A DNA stretch of 32,000 bases from Clostridia bacterium (GTDB lineage Bacteria > Bacillota > Clostridia > TANB77 > RGIG9151): positions 1-32,000 of the forward strand of contig JAGBIO010000003.1 of assembly GCA_017934955.1 (NCBI GenBank), in the 5' to 3' direction. Positions within the stretch are counted from its first letter, which is position 1. Every line of letters begins with the position of its first letter. Under the pieces are notes generated by a model. It did not search any database. It saw only the letters and a list, made by a program, of their open reading frames with translations, and had not been told where the DNA came from. The position numbers and the translations under genes are program-made. Shown in pieces: positions 26,839 through 32,000 of the stretch.

Positions 26839-27822
26839 CTAAGTTTCATACTTTTTTTTCTTTCGTGTAAACACAAAAAATTTAGTTAATAAAAAGGTAA
26901 TCGGAATTCCGATAATCGCCGCTAACGTGTAAGCAATCAGTTTGTCCCAATGTAGGATGTTGTAGATGATAACGACGCAGAGGTTTTGGATCATAAAGTT
27001 CGGTATGTAAGCAATCGCAAATTTGATAAATTTCATAAAAGATAATGTTTTATCCTGAAAGGTAATCCGACTGTTGAGTAGGTAGGAAATACATAAGCTA
27101 AGCAGATATCCTAACACAAAAGCTGTATTTGGGTCAGCGAAAGCATTAAACAGCATGGAAAAGAGAATTCCGTTAAAGGTATTGATACAACCTACAAAAA
27201 GAAAGAGAAGAAATTGTTTTGAGAAGAAATTCTCTAAGAAAAGTTCTGTTTTGCTTTTTTGGTAACTGTCCCATGCAATCATTTTTTCTTTTTTGACGAT
27301 AAAGGCATTTTGCGCCAATTCTTTTAACGGAGTATCGGAGAAAGAATCTGAGTAAAAGGTATCGATTTTTCCTTCCGTTTCTTTTGCTAAAAATTCCGTC
27401 ACTTTTTGCATTCCGTAACAATTTTCTCCGGTTATTGTTCCGGTCGTTTTATTCATATTTGTGGCAATCAGATTCGGTTGGTTGATTTCTTTTAAAACCG
27501 GCTGAAGGAGGAAGGTAGGGGAGGCGGAGATGATATAGTCGGAGGAAGAAATTCTTTCTGTTAATTCTTTCCGAAGGTGCTTCGATTCCTTTTTCCAAAA
27601 CGCATCTAAGTAAGAATCGATATCTTTGATTCCCTTTAAAAAAGAGAAAAAATTTTCCTTCCATTCTTTTTTCGGAATGAACCCCAAAATATATTTTGTA
27701 AGCGAAAGACATTGCTTTGGCAGATATCTTAACAAAAGTGGATTTTTGCGAAGAGAAAACAAGTAAAAATTCACTGTAGAATCGCCCTGATACAATGTTT
27801 TATCAAAATCGTAAACGTTCAT
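26839..27822 (-). CDS. HAD-superfamily phosphatase fused to a GtrA-like membrane domain
   Basis: HAD motif I YDFDKTL at the N-terminus and FYSDSFSDTPL (motif IV-like). The C-terminal 130 aa has four TM helices typical of GtrA. I prefer the ATG at 27822 (aaggag 5 nt upstream). The track start at 27894 reads through the repeat element. Confidence 0.8.
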   Translation of the reverse strand: MNVYDFDKTLYQGDSTVNFYLFSLRKNPLLLRYLPKQCLSLTKYILGFIPKKEWKENFFSFLKGIKDIDSYLDAFWKKESKHLRKELTERISSSDYIISASPTFLLQPVLKEINQPNLIATNMNKTTGTITGENCYGMQKVTEFLAKETEGKIDTFYSDSFSDTPLKELAQNAFIVKKEKMIAWDSYQKSKTELFLENFFSKQFLLFLFVGCINTFNGILFSMLFNAFADPNTAFVLGYLLSLCISYLLNSRITFQDKTLSFMKFIKFAIAYIPNFMIQNLCVVIIYNILHWDKLIAYTLAAIIGIPITFLLTKFFVFTRKKKKYET

Positions 27823-27835
27823 AAAAACTCCTTTT

Positions 27836-28107
27836 TTATTGTATAGGTCAGAATTAAATTTATAGAAATAGCATAAATAGTGTAGGAACAGCATTTATGC
27901 CGTCCACAGAAAAGGCAGAAAGCAGGACAGCATTGCGGACGTAACACCGTGAGTGTAACGAACGGCTTGTACGTCCTATACAAAGAAACTCCAAGAACGT
28001 AGTGATTGGGAAGTTTCGACTGTTAATGCTGTCCCTACAATGGTTGTACCATTATTGTAGGAGATATAGAACAGTAACAAAAACTGAAGATTTTGCCTAT
28101 ACAACAA
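27836..28107. repeat. Composite: family-2 hairpin interrupted by a MITE/REPIN copy that itself carries a 90-bp nested insert
   Basis: ttattgtatagg (27836-27847) | MITE 27848-28078 | aaaaactgaagattttgcctatacaacaa (28079-28107). The second REP hairpin is split at 27933/28024. Confidence 0.8.
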
Positions 28108-28131
28108 CGAAAATACAATAGTTTGTTCTAC

Positions 28132-28995
28132 TTAATTCCAATAAGGAAGAATGTAAATCAGTGTAAAAATAGTCGCACCGTATAATAAAACAAGTAAAAA
28201 TAAGAAACGATCGTGAAGTAGAGTGGAAACCGGATCGCCGTCGGAAATTCCTTCGACGGTTAAACTATATTTCATGCAGATAATCATTACAAGCGGGACT
28301 GTCCACATGATATGCGGTATCAATTCCACCGTATCGATGCACCACATTGCATAAAAGACAATCGTGAGTGCGACACAAACATACATATTTTTATCTAAAA
28401 AGTTTTTGTTGTATTTTGAAAGCACTTTTCTTGTACCGGTTTCGTTCTTCAAAACTTCATTTCGTCTTTTTCCAAGTCCGAGGTAGAAGGACATTGCCAT
28501 TACCGTAAGATACAGCCAGTCGGAGACAGCAACATTAATTAATGCAGCCCCAAAGAAAACACGGAGAATAAATCCGACGGATAAAACCGCAATATCAATA
28601 ATCGGCACGTTTTTTAAGTAGAAGGAATAGAGGAGGTTTAGAATTAAGTAAGTAAGGATAAGCGGATGCGGTAGAAAGGAGGAGAAGCAAATATAATTTA
28701 GACTTATTATCAAAATAGTTAATACTAATATAAATATTACGGCTTGTGTTTTGCTGACTCTTCCCGAGGCAATCGGGCGATTCTTTTTGGTCGAATGGTT
28801 TCTGTCTTTTTCGGCGTCGAAGATATCGTTTAAGATATAGACAATTGAGCAGGCAAGCGAAAATAAAATAAAGCCAAAGAATGTTTTTTTCAATAATTCC
28901 GGTTGCAGTAAGTTACGGCTGAAGAGGAGTGGCAGGAAAATCAAGCCGTTTTTGATATAATGTTTGATTCTCATTAATTTTATATAGTCTTTCAA
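28132..28995 (-). CDS. UbiA-family prenyltransferase resembling decaprenyl-phosphate phosphoribosyltransferase (DPPR synthase)
   Basis: Motif NDIFDAEKDRNHSTKKNRPIASG follows the ND..D...DR.H.TK..RPIA.G pattern that I associate with the Rv3806c-type subfamily. N-terminus MRIKHYIKNGLIF. TTG start with a weak SD. Confidence 0.75.
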   Translation of the reverse strand: MKDYIKLMRIKHYIKNGLIFLPLLFSRNLLQPELLKKTFFGFILFSLACSIVYILNDIFDAEKDRNHSTKKNRPIASGRVSKTQAVIFILVLTILIISLNYICFSSFLPHPLILTYLILNLLYSFYLKNVPIIDIAVLSVGFILRVFFGAALINVAVSDWLYLTVMAMSFYLGLGKRRNEVLKNETGTRKVLSKYNKNFLDKNMYVCVALTIVFYAMWCIDTVELIPHIMWTVPLVMIICMKYSLTVEGISDGDPVSTLLHDRFLFLLVLLYGATIFTLIYILPYWN

Positions 28996-29022
28996 TTTAT
29001 TTCAATCCTTTCTGATGCTTTT

Positions 29023-29078
29023 GGACAGCATAAATGCTGTCCCTACGAAGTTCTATACAGACAGCATTTATGCTGTCC
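29023..29078. repeat. REP hairpin pair in the LtaS-like/UbiA intergenic gap
   Basis: ggacagcataaatgctgtccctac (29023-29046) and gacagcatttatgctgtc (29060-29077). The pair ends 4 nt from the upstream gene stop. Confidence 0.85.
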
Positions 29079-29082
29079 GATT

Positions 29083-30906
29083 CTACGATAATGTTGCATC
29101 AATCAATTTTTTCCCATGCAAATAATCGTACTGGGTATATTTGTACTGTTTTAACAGCGGATTATTTAAGAAATCCGGTTTTCCTATGTAGTCGCCGTTT
29201 TCATCGCAGGCAAAGTACGGATGAATAACGGTGTAATTAGCGTAAATTTTATTAAATAATTTCGAATACCAAGGAATATTGGTAAGGTTCGCAGTCATGA
29301 GTGTTTTTAATCCTAAGTTTGCAGGGCTGATTCGTTTCGGATAAATGGTTTTATCTAACGGGAAATTTGCCCAAACAATATACGGTGTTTCAAACATTGC
29401 CGGATTTTCCGAAAGTTCGCCGGAAAAGAAGCCGGTATGAATATAGGTACTGCTGTCAATTCCCAAGAATGGCAGATGATCGCCGTATATAGTAATTAAA
29501 GTCGGTTCACCGACGTTTTTGAAATATTCCGTTAAGGTATAAAAGGATTGGTCGATGTCGTAGATTCCTTGTACGGCATCTTTTAATCCGGCTAATTCTT
29601 CGTCGGTGACTGCGTCGGATGTGACATCGATATCGTAACTGTCATAGCGTTTTTCTAAATAATTTCCGTGATTTTGCATGGAAATGGCATAAATAAAAAT
29701 CGGTTCTTCCTCTTTTTCTTCGAAGGTCTTAATGATTTGCCGTGTTAATTCCATGTCGGAAATGTAGATTCCTTTTTTCTCGGGATTTTCAAAGTCCTTA
29801 TCTCCGTAAAATTCCTCGAATCCCATTAGATCATAGGCGGTATCTCGATTATAAAATTTCTTATCATAGGTATGTAAAGCTGTCGTGGAATAGCCTTCCG
29901 ATTGACAGATAGAAGCAAGCGAAATCGTCGGTTTTAGGATGTATTGACTGTACGGATAACTTCCAACCGGAAGAAAGGCAGAGGAAAATCCTGTCAGAAA
30001 CTCAAATTCCGGAATACAAGTATTACAACCGTAAGATGGAGAAACAACTTGTCCTGCCGGAAAGGTTTTCCCTAAACGATGAATATTCGCAAGAGGATCG
30101 GCAGATAGCGTAATGTTTGGCATTAAAGTCGGGTCCCAAAGACTTTCGCTCTGAATAGCGATAATATTGATTTTTTCTGTTTCTTCTTCCACCGGATAAT
30201 ACTCTTCGATGTCGTTATTGGCAAAAAGAATATTCGACATAGTTTCTTGGTTATAGTTTTGATAAGGTGCGACTCTTAAATCTCCGATTCTTGTGAAAAA
30301 GGTTAAGATCAGTCCGTTTTTGTTGTAGTCGTTGATAATATAAAAGTTCGACAAAGGAACTCCCAATTTCGGCAAAAGTTCATGCCGAAAGGAATAATTA
30401 AAGCAAAAACAATACAAAACCGTAACGCATAGCACAAAACTGCCAAGCGTCTTTGGAACAGAAAAACGCAGGCGGTCGCTCTTTTTATAAAGGTAAGTGT
30501 AAACAATCAGGTGTGCAACAAGAATAATCGCGGAAATCACCATATAGCGATCTACCGGAACTTTTATAAAACTTACGATATCTTCTAATTTTCCCGCCAA
30601 TAATAAATTCGCCGGTAACAACGGATCCGAGGTAATTCGTATTTTAATCCGACAAACAATTGCCATGATAAAGAAAAACAAATTAATCGTATAAAAGCTG
30701 ATAATTTGTTTCTTAAACAGGTTTCCAAGAAAAATTTGCAAAGCAGAAATAAACAAGAAGGATAAGGCAGTGTTCATCAGAAGTTGTAGCGGTGTATTAA
30801 AAGAAAGCGGTGAATTTCCGCCAAACCGAAGGATATCTAAAAGAAAAACGGTAATAAGCGGAGAGATATAATAATAAATTCTTTCCAAAGAAATTTTTTT
30901 CGTCAT
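29083..30906 (-). CDS. LTA-synthase/sulfatase family membrane protein (LtaS-like)
   Basis: An N-terminal polytopic region is followed by an extracytoplasmic sulfatase-type domain with GCNTCIPEFEFLTG (Thr nucleophile motif G..T...EFE.LTG). I prefer the ATG at 30906 (ggag 7 nt upstream) over the track start at 30969. Confidence 0.8.
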   Translation of the reverse strand: MTKKISLERIYYYISPLITVFLLDILRFGGNSPLSFNTPLQLLMNTALSFLFISALQIFLGNLFKKQIISFYTINLFFFIMAIVCRIKIRITSDPLLPANLLLAGKLEDIVSFIKVPVDRYMVISAIILVAHLIVYTYLYKKSDRLRFSVPKTLGSFVLCVTVLYCFCFNYSFRHELLPKLGVPLSNFYIINDYNKNGLILTFFTRIGDLRVAPYQNYNQETMSNILFANNDIEEYYPVEEETEKINIIAIQSESLWDPTLMPNITLSADPLANIHRLGKTFPAGQVVSPSYGCNTCIPEFEFLTGFSSAFLPVGSYPYSQYILKPTISLASICQSEGYSTTALHTYDKKFYNRDTAYDLMGFEEFYGDKDFENPEKKGIYISDMELTRQIIKTFEEKEEEPIFIYAISMQNHGNYLEKRYDSYDIDVTSDAVTDEELAGLKDAVQGIYDIDQSFYTLTEYFKNVGEPTLITIYGDHLPFLGIDSSTYIHTGFFSGELSENPAMFETPYIVWANFPLDKTIYPKRISPANLGLKTLMTANLTNIPWYSKLFNKIYANYTVIHPYFACDENGDYIGKPDFLNNPLLKQYKYTQYDYLHGKKLIDATLS

Positions 30907-30998
30907 TTGTACGCTCCAATCCTCGACAAAATATATAAATATTGTAATATATTTGGCGAGAAATTGCAATTCGAATGTTGTGTAAATGAGTATAGAAA

Positions 30999-31116
30999 GT
31001 TACAATTCAGAATCTAATTTATAGAGGAAGCACAAACGCTGTAGGGACACAATTCATTGTGTCCCCAAAATAGGCAGATGCTTAGAATTAGGACACAATG
31101 AATTGTGTCCCTACAA
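30999..31116. repeat. MITE-like element, ACACAA stem subfamily, right arm truncated
   Basis: Left end gttacaattcagaatc. Hairpins at 31041-31064 and 31091-31114. The spacer is the diverged reverse complement of the one at 20522-20546. Confidence 0.75.
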
Positions 31117-31140
31117 TAGATTGAGAAACATTTAATGTAC

Positions 31141-31179
31141 ATAAAAAAGAGAATTGCAAGATTTTGCAATTCTCTTTTT
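31141..31179 (-). terminator. Terminator downstream of tRNA-Ser (bidirectional shape)
   Basis: 13-bp stem aagagaattgcaa / ttgcaattctctt with loop gatt, flanked by A/T runs. Confidence 0.8.
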
Positions 31180-31270
31180 TGGCGGAAAGAGGGGGATTCG
31201 AACCCCCGGTACCTGTTACAGTACGCACGCTTTCCAAGCGTGTGCCTTAAGCCAACTCAACCATCTTTCC
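31180..31270 (-). tRNA. tRNA-Ser (anticodon GGA), long variable arm, CCA encoded
   Basis: The reverse complement reads GGAAAGA-TG-GTTGAGTTGGCTTAAGGCAC-ACGC..TTGGAAA..GCGT-long variable arm-GGGGG-TTCGAAT-CCCCC-TCTTTCC-G-CCA. The anticodon loop is ttGGAaa. Confidence 0.9.
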
Positions 31271-31342
31271 GTGCTAGCTTTTTTATGATACTACAAGTTA
31301 AGATTTTTTTCAAGAGATAAATTGAAATTTGTGTTGGAAAAT

Positions 31343-31536
31343 GTTACAGGTTAGACTCAAAATTGTCTCAAATATATCGGAACGTTGGGGACGCCGTCCC
31401 CTACAATGTTTGTACAGGTATTGTAGGGACAGCATTTATGCTGTCCTGCTTTTCTGCCTTTTCTGTGGACAGCATGAATGCTGTCCCTACAATGATTGTG
31501 CCATCATTGCAGAAAAATGTAGTATGAATAGTAACC
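31343..31536. mobile_element. Complete 194-bp MITE-like element with extra GC-rich hairpin module and inverted core
   Basis: Ends gttacaggttagact / tatgaatagtaacc. Extra module at 31378-31404. Core at 31421-31490 with spacer tgcttttctgccttttctgt. Flanked by a perfect direct repeat ggaaaat (31336-31342 and 31537-31543). Confidence 0.85.
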
Positions 31537-31553
31537 GGAAAATGTTACACACA

Positions 31554-32000
31554 TTATTCGCTTTTTAATCGAATGACGGTAATCTCGGGATTGTTGAAAA
31601 TGCGTAGATTGACTGTGCCGTTGCCGAGTCCGCGATTGACGATTAATGCGGAATCTTCTTTTTGGTATTTTCCGCCGGAGTATTTGGGAAAGAACGTTCT
31701 TTCGGGGGATAATAGTCCGCCGATAAACGGAAATCTTATGATGCCGCCGTGAATGTGTCCGGCAAAAGTCAAGTCAGCACCCCAAGAGGAATAAGTATCA
31801 AAATACAGTGGATTATGGGAGAGGAGGATTTGAAAAATCTCCTTTTGCGGGGTGCCGATGAATTGCGTTAAAATTTCCGGAGTGAGTTCTTTCTGTACTT
31901 GGTCTTTTAATTGATTTGTGTAGTAAGGGAGGGGAAGAGTGAAACCGGTTAACTCGATTCGGTCAGCGTCTTTGAAAATCGATACAGATTGATTGTTTAA
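31554..32000 (-). CDS. Calcineurin-like metallophosphoesterase (YkuE-like), 5' end outside the window
   Basis: C-terminal motif LTFAGHIHGG. I checked that the frame stays open from 31772 to the window edge, so the track TTG start at 31772 is internal. Confidence 0.75.
   Translation of the reverse strand, partial: LNNQSVSIFKDADRIELTGFTLPLPYYTNQLKDQVQKELTPEILTQFIGTPQKEIFQILLSHNPLYFDTYSSWGADLTFAGHIHGGIIRFPFIGGLLSPERTFFPKYSGGKYQKEDSALIVNRGLGNGTVNLRIFNNPEITVIRLKSE

Noticed and set aside
26817-27894. Long N-terminal extensions suggested by the ORF track: 27894 for HAD-GtrA, 26876 for GT-C, 30969 for LtaS-like, 11653 for GH15, 15306 for disA, 16547 for carD and 20946 for the Cys-rich gene
   Set aside because: The internal starts have good SD sequences and give N-termini typical of the families. 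The 27894 extension is translated from the repeat element.
27934-28023. Small self-cleaving ribozyme (hammerhead-like) in the nested 90-bp insert
   Set aside because: I found no CUGAUGA...GAAA core on either strand, and no other ribozyme signature I can recognise by eye. This remains only a structured insert until a covariance-model scan is run.
1-32000. Any recognisable defence island, toxin-antitoxin pair, restriction-modification system, retron/DGR reverse transcriptase, integrase or prophage
   Set aside because: All ORFs longer than 60 codons with coding signals were assigned to housekeeping or envelope functions, or to two unassigned proteins without nuclease, NTPase or RT motifs. No such system is supported by the sequence.

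Overview
Low-GC (roughly 37 %) Firmicutes/Clostridia-like chromosomal segment. It starts at the 3' end of an rRNA operon (5S rRNA, tRNA-Asn). It then carries a YtxC-like sporulation gene and a glycan block: GT4 glycosyltransferase, an 812-aa nucleotidyltransferase/PMM-like fusion, thioesterase, acyltransferase-3, an MBOAT + DHHW O-acylation pair and a GH15 hydrolase. Housekeeping genes follow: radA-disA-carD, a secreted beta-propeller protein, a dGTPase-like HD protein and dnaG-rpoD. A minus-strand envelope operon comes next (LtaS-like, UbiA/DPPR-synthase-like, HAD-GtrA fusion, GT-C glycosyltransferase, mltG), then tRNA-Ser(GGA) and a partial metallophosphoesterase. I see no recognisable defence genes, transposase, integrase, cas genes or prophage genes. 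The standout is non-coding: nearly every intergenic gap longer than 100 bp holds a copy of a structured repeat family, 14 loci totalling about 1.8 kb. The unit is GTAGGG + hairpin, usually in inverted doublets (REP/REPIN-like). The doublets sit inside about 154-bp MITE-like elements with terminal inverted repeats and 7-bp flanking direct repeats. The copies show compensatory stem variants, core inversion relative to the arms (flip/flop isomers), an 88-bp tandem array, insertion into a terminator loop, nested insertions, and a probable in-frame insertion of a second GC-rich hairpin element into a membrane glycosyltransferase gene. All protein calls rest on motif recognition by eye; no database search was run.
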